From NCBI GenBank assembly GCA_031414595.1, contig JANNVX010000018.1:32001-96000 (forward strand): 64,000 nt of DNA. Reading direction: 5' to 3'. A program made the translations under genes and the position numbers. Of this stretch, positions 41,091-51,007 are shown one piece after another. Under the pieces are notes generated by a model. That model was not told the DNA's origin. It saw only the letters and a program-made list of their open reading frames with translations, and did no database searches. The stretch's first letter is position 1; each line of letters begins with the position of its first letter. The stretch is from Deinococcales bacterium (GTDB lineage Bacteria > Deinococcota > Deinococci > Deinococcales > JAAFIG01).

Positions 41091-41140
41091 TTCTCGAGTA
41101 CAATAGTGCGCCCTCTCGAGTACAATAAAAACGTGATTGG
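41091..41140 (+). repeat. 50-bp direct repeat, left copy (promoter and start of a kinase-STAND gene remnant)
   Basis: Matches 47922-47971 at 49 of 50 nt; weaker similarity continues about 40 nt into the kinase coding sequence with a 1-nt indel. Confidence 0.85.
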
Positions 41141-41407
41141 ATCAGAAATCTTGGCACTACTGCAACACCTGTCAAAAAGGCTCAGCAGTAAAACTAGAAA
41201 TTCTCGAGCAGAACGCAAAAGCTGAGACTCGAGGCAAACAAAATCTCAACTGCTCGAAATGGGATTCAAAGCGCAAACTTTAGCATGGCATAGGCACAAG
41301 CCACCCGTGTACAGGTTCTAGGGTCAAGTTGAATGTAGCTATTGGCAACAAAATACAAGTGGGTTAAGATTCTGCACAAATAAAACTTACTGTGCAACTC
41401 TAATTTA

Positions 41408-42434
41408 ACGTGAGTTCGGGTTAAGCCATCGTCAATTCTGTCGGCATGAACTGCAAACTTGGTTTTTTCTCTTGATGACAATAAGCAATTAAGCCACAAA
41501 TGAGGTTCGCTAAGAAATTCATTGGACTACGATGCCTTGAATGCTCAATTTGACTAATGTTTTTACACTGGTCAATAATCGTTTCAACAATACTTCGTTT
41601 ACGAAGAAATAATGCGTCTTCATTTGGCATTGGTTGCTCACATTTCATATTCTTTTTCAATCGAGTAATCAATTGAATACCATGCTCTTCAATCAATTTC
41701 TGAAATAATGCTTTAGAAATATAACCTTTATCACCAAAAATCTTATGAAAGATATTCGAGAATGGATTCTCGATCATTTCCAGTAATCCTTTTCGGTCAT
41801 CAAGATTACCTGCACTCAAGTCAAGCCAGATAATCTCACCAGCATCATTGAATAATAAGTGCAACTTAAATCCGAAGAACCAACCCACACTGGTTTTACC
41901 ACGAGCCGCTAGACCAGCAAAGACTTTGTGGTTATGAATTCGACGATTGTGACAAACACTGAGTTTGGTACTATCCACAAAACTGATTCCCGAACAACGT
42001 CCTAAATGAGCAAATAGATAGGCTGATAAAGGCAATACTGAACGAGGTATCCACTCAACGAAACGATTATAACTTGGTAAAGTTGGGAACTCGCTTCTTA
42101 GGTAAACACAAACGTGTCGAGTGTAAAACCATTTGAAATCACGATAGCGTTGCTGATGGAATAAAATTAGGATAGTCATGATTTCGCTACCTGTCATACT
42201 TAAAGCCCGTTCTCGAGTACCAGTGGTGCTTGGTAAGGCGTTTTTAGGGTGGGTTTTGATGAATTCTTGGTTGAAATCATCGACTTCGCAGAATAATTCG
42301 AGTAAAGTCATACTGTCCTCCTTGTTGTTTTGTTGCAATTACAGCGTACAGGAGGACGCTTCTTATGTTGATTTATTCTATGAGAACAGAATGCAGTGGT
42401 GTTTTCTGTTAATACCTTTAACCCGAACTCACGT
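41408..42434 (-). mobile_element. IS982-family insertion sequence
   Basis: 17-bp terminal inverted repeats ACGTGAGTTCGGGTTAA / TTAACCCGAACTCACGT; 7-bp target duplication TAATTTA at 41401-41407 and 42435-42441. Confidence 0.93.
41421..42338 (-). CDS. IS982-family DDE transposase
   Basis: FVDST, GKTSVGWFFGFKLH, FGDKGY and RSIVET...IEHSRHRS motifs; stop codon lies inside the IR. Confidence 0.93.
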   Translation of the reverse strand: MQQNNKEDSMTLLELFCEVDDFNQEFIKTHPKNALPSTTGTRERALSMTGSEIMTILILFHQQRYRDFKWFYTRHVCVYLRSEFPTLPSYNRFVEWIPRSVLPLSAYLFAHLGRCSGISFVDSTKLSVCHNRRIHNHKVFAGLAARGKTSVGWFFGFKLHLLFNDAGEIIWLDLSAGNLDDRKGLLEMIENPFSNIFHKIFGDKGYISKALFQKLIEEHGIQLITRLKKNMKCEQPMPNEDALFLRKRSIVETIIDQCKNISQIEHSRHRSPMNFLANLICGLIAYCHQEKKPSLQFMPTELTMA

Positions 42435-42438
42435 TAAT

Positions 42439-45400
42439 TTAATTCTGGTCTGCCAGTTCTTGCCACCCAATGTCAAATAAAATAGTCTTGGCTCGTCCGG
42501 GGTTGTTAATGCGATGAATAAATGGTTTTGAACCTTCTAAAATTTCCACAACGTATAACCAATAATTCTTGGTCTTGCGTTCTCTAATTGCTGTTCTAAA
42601 TTCATTTGCACTCAGACTCACAAATGCCCGTTCTTTCCAAGTGCCTCTTATTGCTTTTAATTCAATCAAACGTTTTTCTCCGCCGCCTTCAGAATAAATA
42701 TCGTACCCATCCCAAGTTTCCCGACAATCCGTAGCCTTTCTTTTTTGCGAAAGCTCAAAATCTACAACTGCATCAAAACCGATTTGTTCAGTCTCTTTGT
42801 TGGTGATGTAACGCTGCATCCCGTCTTCACTAGGTCTTGTATCGCTCGATGCTCGTACTTTAGTTCTGTCACTTACAGGTCGGCGCTTAGAACTTCTTTT
42901 TGACTGTGGTTTTGATTGAGGCTGCGATGATGAATTTGGCGGGGGTGTTTTTGGCATTCTGCGGGCTGTTTGATTTGGTTCTTGTGACTTAGAACTTGCC
43001 GAGCTTCGGTTTTGACTTTGGGTATTGTTAATCTGTGGAATTGGCAGTTCGGGCGGGAATGGCTGAGGTGGTGGTTTTGTCTCGACACTTTGCGAAAAGG
43101 AGGATACTTTTCCTGCATCTTGAGTAGCCGAAGGTTCTGGTTTTTCGTCTTGCGAATTGTCTATGGGGAAGTCATCTTCATTTATATCTTTATCTTCGGA
43201 ATTTTCGCCCTGTAAATCATCTACAGAATCGGTGTCTAAATCTTCAACTTCTGGTTCTTGAGAGACTGTGGCTGGAATACCTTCATTTTGCTCTGATTCT
43301 TTAAGTACAAAAAATTCAGCTTCTTCAAGTTCGGAATCTGTAATACTTTCATTAAAAACTCGGACAAACCAATTTCTATTATGTGGTTCGATGTCAAATA
43401 TGTGACACAAAATTTCATGTATTTCTATGTCTTCATTGGTCAAAAATAATTCATTTATTTTTTCATCAAAAAAGTATTTTACACGGCTTATTTCTCGCTT
43501 GTATTCGTTGCCATAGTTCACTTCCCATCTCACTTTAATCTCTGAGACCATACTAGCTTTTAATCTTTGATATATTTTTTTATACTCTAGTAGTTTAGTT
43601 AGTTTATTTAGTATCCGAAATGCAATTTTTTCTTTTTCAATTAATTTTTCTTTGAGTTTTTCATGTACAACCAATTTTTCTTGATTATCAGTTGGAATTC
43701 TTATGACTGTTAGTACATCAGTAAGTTTTTTAATTCCTAATTTTTCATATAAAGTTGGAAATTCTGATGTTTCAAGTAACCTTAACTGCGATTTATCAAT
43801 CTCAAGATGATCGGCTTTTACTTTACTTAAGTCATCAATAATGACTTCTTCTGGCAACCACCAACAGTTTGGTTCATTTTTGAACTTGTGATAAATTATC
43901 TTTGCGCTTCTTAGGGTAGCGAGAACATCAAGAACTTTCGAGTCTAAACTCGGTTCTGCCAAAATGTGGTTTAATTTTCCTAAACAATAATCATAAACAG
44001 TCCTATCTTCTGTTGTAAATTTTTTACTCTGAGCAATTTCAAGAACCACATCTCGGTAATCTTGATAGCCAGGTGGGTTTTTGATGCCCAACATTTCAAT
44101 TAAACGCTTTAGTTCTTTATGTTGCGGTCTTAATTGATGACGTTTTTCTCCAAGGTTGTGATTATCTAAAAAACTCTGGTTCGCAGTAAAACCATCAAAA
44201 AGTGGCATCAGTTTCAATTCTGATACAACATTACCCAAGTCTCCTTCTGAAAATCGATTTAAGCGCTGAAGAAATTTCAACTGCAATTTTTCATCTCTAA
44301 TTATTTTTTTGATATGGTCAACAAAATATCTAATCTTAATCTCCGCAAAACGCAGACGGCTAAAAATAGCTTTGGGAATCTCAAAATCTGTAAACGAATA
44401 TCCGCTTGGAGTACCATACTCCATAAAAACTTTCTCGGTCATACAAAATAGGTTTTTAGGTGCAAACCACTGATTATGGTTTTCATCTGGTAGCCACGGA
44501 AAATCAAATATTTTCCAGAAATCAGGATTTTTCACTTCTTCCCGTTTTTCGAGGAATTCGAGAATTTTAATCCGTTTTTCTCGAGTTTTTGTACTTATTG
44601 GAGTGGCTAATTGGCTTTTCAATTGGTCAGCCACATCTTGTACTGTTGGTGATTTTCGCACCCCTAATTTTTCTAGGAGACTGCAAGCTACTTGGTCAAA
44701 ATCTGAATGGATTTTTGTGTATTCTGAGCCGAATAAATCATTCATGACTTCATTTGGAAACCAAACTTCATTGGGTTTTCTCCAGTTTTCATCGGTGCAA
44801 AACACTATTTCAACTGATTTCCAGGCTTCCATTTTTACTGAATCTATATGTTTTGACAAATGTGTAAAAATGTGGCGCTTCTCGGTTTTATCAGATAAGG
44901 ACTTAAAATAATTCAAAAGTTGGTCATTAAAATAAATATCTGGCTTTAGCGGTTTGATCTGGATTGTTTCAAGCCAAGTGGTGTACTTTTTGGCAAATTC
45001 TTTCTGAAGTAAAACTTTTACCTCAAATGGGTCATCAAATTCTTCACCAATAACAACTTCATTATGTTTATGGAAGTTTCCAAACGCGTCAGGGAAAATA
45101 CATAGCTCTTTAAGCATGAGAAACTCTGGTATCTTGGGGTCAATCCTACAGCTTAACCTAGAAATTAAGTTATCTAATCTCCAATTATCCTTGTATTTAA
45201 TTTCAAAATCTTTAATATCTTGCGAACTTGATTTGGCAATTCTTTCTAATGTCTTATCTAATCTTATTCTGCAATGTGTCTCAATATATTTCTTTAGTCT
45301 TTCTGGAAGCAAACTGTACCACTCTAGGTTAATAATTTCGTCCAACCTGAACCAAGGATAGTAAGCTGCTTGGCTGTCTGCATCAAGATAAAACAAATTG

Positions 45401-46938
45401 CTTATTTTTGTACAAGTTCCATTCTGAGAAATGCAAAAATGGAGTTCTGACAAAGTTTTACAACTGTTTTCATCAATATCGTTTTCAAATAGCTTTAGTG
45501 TTTCTAAAAAAGGCTTAATAGAATCAAAAGTAACATAATGCTCTCTTTTTTCGGTCAATATAGATTTGAGGGCATCAAGGTAATGATTCAACCTAAATTT
45601 CACGACGTTAAAAGACGTTAAAATTGTTTTGTATTCCTCGAGAGAGGGGTGAGGAAAATGCCAATCTTGTTGCTCTCTGATGGCGTGCTTAACAACATCG
45701 GAAATTTTATCGTTAAACGTAAAAACCTTGCTGGAATTTTCCCATTTTTCGGATTCGGTATAAATCCAATTTCCTTGCGAACTAATCTCTTTACATTTTT
45801 CCCAGTATTGAAGCACAAATTTTTTTAAGTATCTTTCGGATTTGGTATCTGCATCCTTAACTCGAGAAAAAAATATATACACTGATAAATGGCTCGAATT
45901 ATTTTTCAGATACTCGAGCATTGGTAGAATTAACCCCTGAATATCTTTTAATACACAGGAATTCCACTCTTCGTTGTTAGTCCCTGATTTCATTTCCAAT
46001 CTTTTCCGACTTAGCTCAGGATAAAATCCAGCATTGATATGAAATGGTAAACCTGTTGCTTCATCTGTTGGCAAAAAAACAAAAATCTTTCCTTCAAAAT
46101 GATCCATTTTTCTTGGCATGACAACAGATATATTGGTATCGCGCCCTAGTTCTTTATCTTGTTTCAGTTCTTCCGCCTGAAGCCATGCTTGAGAATTAGC
46201 AGAAATAGGCTGGATACCATAAAAATACTCTTCTGCTGTTCCTGGCTGCTCAACAATGGTGACATTTTTTTCATGAACCGTCTTCTGAATGCGAATTTGT
46301 TCTACCGAATTTCTGTATAAAATAAAGGTGGTCAAATGGCGTAAAAAGAAAATGACATGGGGCATTATTTCTTTTGCGGTGTCAAAATAGCTTTGGATGT
46401 CGGATTTTTCAATCTTTTGAAGCCCCAATCCCTTTCGGGTTTCAGAATATTCAAATGCCCAAGGCAATTCAAAAGTGGTTAAAAATCGTTGTGTAACTGG
46501 ATTTTCGATTGGATAACTTCTTCCTTGATTTTCTCCTTCTACTTTTGGAACCAATTCCCATTTCTCTTGTCTGGAATGAACAAAGGCTGTGTCGCAAAAT
46601 TGATAAACAGATACGAACCCAATACCAAATTTTCCAATGGCAGTGGAGTCTTCTCTTTTATAGCCACTGGCAATTTCTCGAATTTTTTTAAGATGTGTTG
46701 CTTGCATTTCCACATTATTTCCAACGACGATTTTATCGTCTTGAACATCGAAATGAAATTTTGTAGCATAATTTGCAGCGTCATCCTCAGTATCCTTGGC
46801 ATCATCAGCATTTTGGAGCAACTCGTGCAGCATTGCATCAAAACCGCTCATTCCCGATGATAGACTTATGCTAATCAAGTTAAGAGTATTAGCGCCATAT
46901 TCTTCGGACTTACCACGTTTTTCATTGCTCATTGTCAA
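42439..46938 (-). CDS. Sacsin/NOV-like GHKL ATPase with C-terminal DUF3883 (NOV_C) PD-(D/E)xK-like domain
   Basis: ELLQNADDA, GKFGIGF and FVFLPT...GLPFHINAGF at the N-terminus; GYDIYS...IELK...SANE...YWLYVV at the C-terminus; markedly AT-rich. Confidence 0.82.
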   Translation of the reverse strand: MTMSNEKRGKSEEYGANTLNLISISLSSGMSGFDAMLHELLQNADDAKDTEDDAANYATKFHFDVQDDKIVVGNNVEMQATHLKKIREIASGYKREDSTAIGKFGIGFVSVYQFCDTAFVHSRQEKWELVPKVEGENQGRSYPIENPVTQRFLTTFELPWAFEYSETRKGLGLQKIEKSDIQSYFDTAKEIMPHVIFFLRHLTTFILYRNSVEQIRIQKTVHEKNVTIVEQPGTAEEYFYGIQPISANSQAWLQAEELKQDKELGRDTNISVVMPRKMDHFEGKIFVFLPTDEATGLPFHINAGFYPELSRKRLEMKSGTNNEEWNSCVLKDIQGLILPMLEYLKNNSSHLSVYIFFSRVKDADTKSERYLKKFVLQYWEKCKEISSQGNWIYTESEKWENSSKVFTFNDKISDVVKHAIREQQDWHFPHPSLEEYKTILTSFNVVKFRLNHYLDALKSILTEKREHYVTFDSIKPFLETLKLFENDIDENSCKTLSELHFCISQNGTCTKISNLFYLDADSQAAYYPWFRLDEIINLEWYSLLPERLKKYIETHCRIRLDKTLERIAKSSSQDIKDFEIKYKDNWRLDNLISRLSCRIDPKIPEFLMLKELCIFPDAFGNFHKHNEVVIGEEFDDPFEVKVLLQKEFAKKYTTWLETIQIKPLKPDIYFNDQLLNYFKSLSDKTEKRHIFTHLSKHIDSVKMEAWKSVEIVFCTDENWRKPNEVWFPNEVMNDLFGSEYTKIHSDFDQVACSLLEKLGVRKSPTVQDVADQLKSQLATPISTKTREKRIKILEFLEKREEVKNPDFWKIFDFPWLPDENHNQWFAPKNLFCMTEKVFMEYGTPSGYSFTDFEIPKAIFSRLRFAEIKIRYFVDHIKKIIRDEKLQLKFLQRLNRFSEGDLGNVVSELKLMPLFDGFTANQSFLDNHNLGEKRHQLRPQHKELKRLIEMLGIKNPPGYQDYRDVVLEIAQSKKFTTEDRTVYDYCLGKLNHILAEPSLDSKVLDVLATLRSAKIIYHKFKNEPNCWWLPEEVIIDDLSKVKADHLEIDKSQLRLLETSEFPTLYEKLGIKKLTDVLTVIRIPTDNQEKLVVHEKLKEKLIEKEKIAFRILNKLTKLLEYKKIYQRLKASMVSEIKVRWEVNYGNEYKREISRVKYFFDEKINELFLTNEDIEIHEILCHIFDIEPHNRNWFVRVFNESITDSELEEAEFFVLKESEQNEGIPATVSQEPEVEDLDTDSVDDLQGENSEDKDINEDDFPIDNSQDEKPEPSATQDAGKVSSFSQSVETKPPPQPFPPELPIPQINNTQSQNRSSASSKSQEPNQTARRMPKTPPPNSSSQPQSKPQSKRSSKRRPVSDRTKVRASSDTRPSEDGMQRYITNKETEQIGFDAVVDFELSQKRKATDCRETWDGYDIYSEGGGEKRLIELKAIRGTWKERAFVSLSANEFRTAIRERKTKNYWLYVVEILEGSKPFIHRINNPGRAKTILFDIGWQELADQN

Positions 46939-47058
46939 AGCCTCTTTGCTACAGAATTAAAACTCGATATGGCAGACAGCATAGCATCCAAAAACAAAAA
47001 TGCGCCCAAGCCATAAGCTCGAGCAACCCGATTTTCTACGTTGCTGTATACTCCACGC

Positions 47059-47301
47059 ATGGTTGCTTACCCACCAGAACTCGAGGATTTACCGGAATTA
47101 TTTAGCTTAGACGATTCTTCTGTGCATTTGGCTTCATTGGCTGCCATCTCGAGACTCCAAGCCAAGGGCATTGATATTTTTTATTTTGACGAAGATTTAG
47201 CTGTGCATATCCTAGAGAAACCTTCTGGACAACGTTTCGAGATTCGCTACACTGGCGAACCTAAAGCTGCTTTTGAAATTATCCGTGCCTTAGATGCTTA
47301 A
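47059..47301 (+). CDS. Small protein, putative antitoxin partner
   Basis: TATACT lies 6 nt before ATG 47059; overlaps the downstream ATPase gene by 8 nt. Confidence 0.6.
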   Translation: MVAYPPELEDLPELFSLDDSSVHLASLAAISRLQAKGIDIFYFDEDLAVHILEKPSGQRFEIRYTGEPKAAFEIIRALDA

Positions 47302-47896
47302 AGCACCACGCTTAATTATTTTTGGCAGGGCAAACGGCTCAGGCAAAAGCACCCTAACAAGTTTCTACAAACGAAAACTCATTACCTCGAGTGTGCTTCT
47401 TGACCCTGATGCCATTGCTCGAGAATTAAACCCAAATGAACCTGCCAAAGCTGCGATTCAAGCCGCTCGATACGTTTTGCAGCAGCAGCAAATCTTCTTA
47501 AACTCTGGTCAGAGTTTTGTTTTAGAAACAACTTTATCCAGTCAAGGGAATCTTGAGTTGATTCAGGCAGCTAAAACCCGTGGCTGGCTGGTTCGGTTGT
47601 TGTATGTTGGCTTAACTGACCCAATGATAAATGTTCAAAGGGTTGCAAGCCGAGTGCTTGATGGCGGTCATGATGTTCCTGAAACTGATATTCGGCGGCG
47701 ATTCGAGCGTTCAATGAAAAATTTGTCGGTTGCGGCTGAATTGGTGGATTTACTGAGCATTCACGATAATTCTGGTCGTTCCATGCGTCGGGTGGCTTTA
47801 ATCAAGCAACAACGGATTTTGCGGTTAGAAACAAAAAATAGTGTTACATGGTGGGAAATTGCACTGTCTCCATATTTGAAAAAGCTCGAGTCTTGA
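47294..47896 (+). CDS. Zeta toxin-like / COG4185 P-loop NTPase
   Basis: ANGSGKST, DPDAIA, SFVLETTLS, RVASRV..GGHDVP...IRRRF and DNS motifs. Confidence 0.8.
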   Translation: MLKAPRLIIFGRANGSGKSTLTSFYKRKLITSSVLLDPDAIARELNPNEPAKAAIQAARYVLQQQQIFLNSGQSFVLETTLSSQGNLELIQAAKTRGWLVRLLYVGLTDPMINVQRVASRVLDGGHDVPETDIRRRFERSMKNLSVAAELVDLLSIHDNSGRSMRRVALIKQQRILRLETKNSVTWWEIALSPYLKKLES

Positions 47897-47921
47897 ATTG
47901 AACCCAAATCCTGAGAGCATC

Positions 47922-47971
47922 TTCTCGAGTACAATAGTGCGCCCTCTCGAGTACAATAAAAGCGTGATTGG
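47922..47971 (+). repeat. 50-bp direct repeat, right copy (promoter and GTG start of kinase-STAND 1)
   Basis: Matches 41091-41140; contains TCTCGAGTACAATA twice at a 22-nt period. Confidence 0.85.
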
Positions 47972-50894
47972 TTCTCAAATCCTGCATTACCAAATCACCC
48001 GTCAACTTGGCGAAGGTGGCATGGGCATTGTTTACCAAGCCTTTGACACGTGGTTAGAACGCACTGTCGCCCTAAAATTCCTGCATCAGTCAAAACGCTT
48101 AAGTTTAGCGGCACTGCGTGGTTTTGCCAGAGAAGCCAAAATTGCCGCCCAACTCGACCACCCAAACATTGGTACAGTCTTTGCTTTAGAGCGCAGCCAA
48201 GATGATGTTTTTTTAGCAATGGCGTATTACCCCGGACTTGGACTCGATGCTCGGCTTGAACAGGGTACAATACCCATACCAGAAGTGATGCAGTACGCCC
48301 TTGAAATTGCCAAGGGACTCGAACATGCCCATTTGCATGGCGTGGTTCACCGCGATATTAAACCCAGCAATATATTTTTAGCCCAAACCCAAAGTGGCTC
48401 GAGTTGTAAAATCCTTGATTTTGGCTTATCTAAATTAGGTGAACGCAGCACTGTCCAGAGCATCAATATGGTCGGAACACCTGCTTATATGTCGCCAGAA
48501 CAATTGGACGGCAAAGCCTCGAGTAAGTCTGACCTTTGGGCTTGGGGAGCAGTGGTTTACGAGATGCTGTCTGGGGTGTCACCATTTAAGCGTGAATCCA
48601 TGATTGAAACATTTCAGGCACTCTTGTTAGAAGAACCTGTTCCCTTGCAAACTCGAGTGCCAGAAGCACCCGAAGTGCTGCTAAATTTAGTGCAGCAGTG
48701 TTTACAAAAAAATCCCGATGAGCGCCCCCTCGATGCTCGAGAATTGGTACGCAGTTTGAGTCAACCAAGTTTAAGTACAAATCGAAGTTCGATACTGTTA
48801 CTGCCTGTGCCAGCGACTGCTTTTATTGGGCGCGAGAACGAATTAGGCGAGTTGTCTGAGCGTTTTCAAAATACCCGACTTGTGACAATCACGGCGGCTG
48901 GCGGTATGGGCAAAACCCGTTTAGCCCTCGAGTACGCTCGGATTCATCAGTCCGATTATGCGGGTCATGCCTACTTTATTGATTTAGCCAAAATCACCGA
49001 TGCAAATTTGGTGGCGGGTCTGATTCTCGAGACGGTGCTTGGGCGGGCATCTGAAGACCCTAAGCAGCGTTTATTCCAAGAACTAAGAGATAAAGTGTGT
49101 TTGTTGGTGCTTGATAATTTTGAACACTTGATGTCAGCTTCAACCTTTGTGGCAGAGTTACTTGGTCAAACCAATCAAGTGCATCTGCTGATTACTTCCA
49201 GACAAACCCTTGGGTTAAAAGCCGAAACGGTTTTTGGACTGACGGGTTTAAGCACACCCACCGAGATTGACTTTACTTCTAACCACGCCGTCATACTTTT
49301 TACTCGAGTGGCTCAACGTTTTGATGCTAATTTTAATTTACAGTTTGAAGATTTTGAGCTTTTCAATCAGATTTTTATGGCGGTGGGTGGAATGCCTTTG
49401 GGTTTAGAACTGGCAGCCTCTTGGTTACGCAGCCTGAGCCTAAAAGAAATCCTACAAGAACTGCAAAACAACACCGATTTTCTAAAAAGCCAAGATGACC
49501 ATGTGTCTGAGCGTCACCGCAGTATCTCGGCGGTGTTTGCCTCGAGTTGGGATTTATTAAGCGCAGTAGAACAAAATGCCTTGGCACAACTGACGATTTT
49601 TCAAGGTGGTTTTGACCGCGACTTGGCTCGGGTTGTCTGTCAGGTGGATATGGTGGTGTTACAACGTTTGGTCAGTAAATCCTTACTTTACAAATCTGAA
49701 CAGCACTTTCGTTTTCATGAAATGATTCGTCAGCAAGCAGCGAACCGATTAAGCAGAGTAGAACAGCCGCGTTTACTCGAGAATTTAGTGAACGAATGTT
49801 TAAGTATCGCCAAAAATTGGTTTAACAAACGCCAAAGCGGACAGCAGCACCAAAGTGTTTTTGAGCGTTTGACCCAACTGACCGATAATTTTCGTTTGGC
49901 TTTAGAATACAGTTTAGAACATCAAAAAAGTAAATGCCTCGAAATCTTTTTGCTCTTGGGGCATTACTGGTCTATTCGAGGTTACTTTAAGGAAGCCCTG
50001 TACTGGCGTGAACAATTGCGTCAAACCATGAATTTCACAGCCCTAGAAAACTTATCAGTCGAAACACTTCATATCCGTTGGTTGGATCGCACAGGCAAGT
50101 ACCGTGAAGGTTTAGAAATTGGTAAAACCTGTTTAGAACAAGCCATAAAACTCAATGTTGCGACCCACCAAGCCCAACTGCATTTACACCTAGGTCAAAT
50201 TTTACTAAACTTAAACCAATTGGAACAATCTAAACAACATCTTCAACAAGCGGTGCGTTTTTTTCGCTATCAAAATCAGACTTTTAGCAGCATTGAAGCG
50301 ATTAATTCGCTCGGTGTGATTCATAATTTACTTGGCAACCTCAAAAAAGCCCGCTCGAGTTACCAAGAAACGATTCGGATTTGTCTATCATTTGGTGAGG
50401 AACGGATTGCACATCTTGCAGCAATCAATATTGCCACCGTAGATTTGGTCGAAAGCAACACGATTATCCACCTAGAACTTTTTACCAAGGCACTCGAGTA
50501 CGTCAAAAAAATAAAAGATTTGGTCAATCTTTCCGAAAGTTATTCACTGCTTGGCTATTATAAAATCACAATTCAAAATTTTAAGGAAGCCAAACAGTGT
50601 TTTCTCGAGGCGCTGCATATCTCGAGTTCCTATCAAAACGAAGTCGAATGTAGTGTCCATCTGCTTTTTCTGGGTTTTATTGCTGGGCTGGAAAATAATG
50701 CAGAACAAGCCCAGCCTTTACTCGAGGCTTCAAATCGGCTCAATCCAAATTTTGCCAATGGCTATTATTCTTTTGAATTATTCGCTAAACGGATTAGTAA
50801 CGATCCTCGAGTCAGTCAGCTTTGGGAGCAAGCTAAAACGCAAACCATCAGCCCGATGACTTTGGAGTTGGCAGTCGGGCTTGCCTTTGAGTAA
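47964..50894 (+). CDS. Ser/Thr kinase - STAND (NB-ARC-like) NTPase - TPR protein, paralog 1
   Basis: GEGGMG, HRDIKPSN, DFG; FIGRE, GGMGKTRLA, LLVLDNFEH, ITSR, GMPLGLELAA; TPRs. GTG at 47964 lies 6 nt after TACAAT and aligns with the paralog start. Confidence 0.9.
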   Translation: MIGSQILHYQITRQLGEGGMGIVYQAFDTWLERTVALKFLHQSKRLSLAALRGFAREAKIAAQLDHPNIGTVFALERSQDDVFLAMAYYPGLGLDARLEQGTIPIPEVMQYALEIAKGLEHAHLHGVVHRDIKPSNIFLAQTQSGSSCKILDFGLSKLGERSTVQSINMVGTPAYMSPEQLDGKASSKSDLWAWGAVVYEMLSGVSPFKRESMIETFQALLLEEPVPLQTRVPEAPEVLLNLVQQCLQKNPDERPLDARELVRSLSQPSLSTNRSSILLLPVPATAFIGRENELGELSERFQNTRLVTITAAGGMGKTRLALEYARIHQSDYAGHAYFIDLAKITDANLVAGLILETVLGRASEDPKQRLFQELRDKVCLLVLDNFEHLMSASTFVAELLGQTNQVHLLITSRQTLGLKAETVFGLTGLSTPTEIDFTSNHAVILFTRVAQRFDANFNLQFEDFELFNQIFMAVGGMPLGLELAASWLRSLSLKEILQELQNNTDFLKSQDDHVSERHRSISAVFASSWDLLSAVEQNALAQLTIFQGGFDRDLARVVCQVDMVVLQRLVSKSLLYKSEQHFRFHEMIRQQAANRLSRVEQPRLLENLVNECLSIAKNWFNKRQSGQQHQSVFERLTQLTDNFRLALEYSLEHQKSKCLEIFLLLGHYWSIRGYFKEALYWREQLRQTMNFTALENLSVETLHIRWLDRTGKYREGLEIGKTCLEQAIKLNVATHQAQLHLHLGQILLNLNQLEQSKQHLQQAVRFFRYQNQTFSSIEAINSLGVIHNLLGNLKKARSSYQETIRICLSFGEERIAHLAAINIATVDLVESNTIIHLELFTKALEYVKKIKDLVNLSESYSLLGYYKITIQNFKEAKQCFLEALHISSSYQNEVECSVHLLFLGFIAGLENNAEQAQPLLEASNRLNPNFANGYYSFELFAKRISNDPRVSQLWEQAKTQTISPMTLELAVGLAFE

Positions 50895-51007
50895 CATATG
50901 GATAGAATAGCGAATGTAGGGGTTATCTATTCGCATCAGTTTGACAAAATTTACAGTACAGGACAACAAAACCTAATCCTCAAATTGTATTGCCCATATC
51001 GCGTTCC

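Noticed and set aside
40929-41225. 98-aa ORF sharing FSSTIVRPLEYNK with the ORF-track N-terminus of the kinase
   Set aside because: The shared peptide is translated promoter DNA from the direct repeat; the kinase most likely starts at GTG 47964.
42435-42441. Truncation of the 1499-aa gene by IS982
   Set aside because: The stop codon lies within the target duplication, so it predates the insertion, and the DUF3883 domain appears complete.
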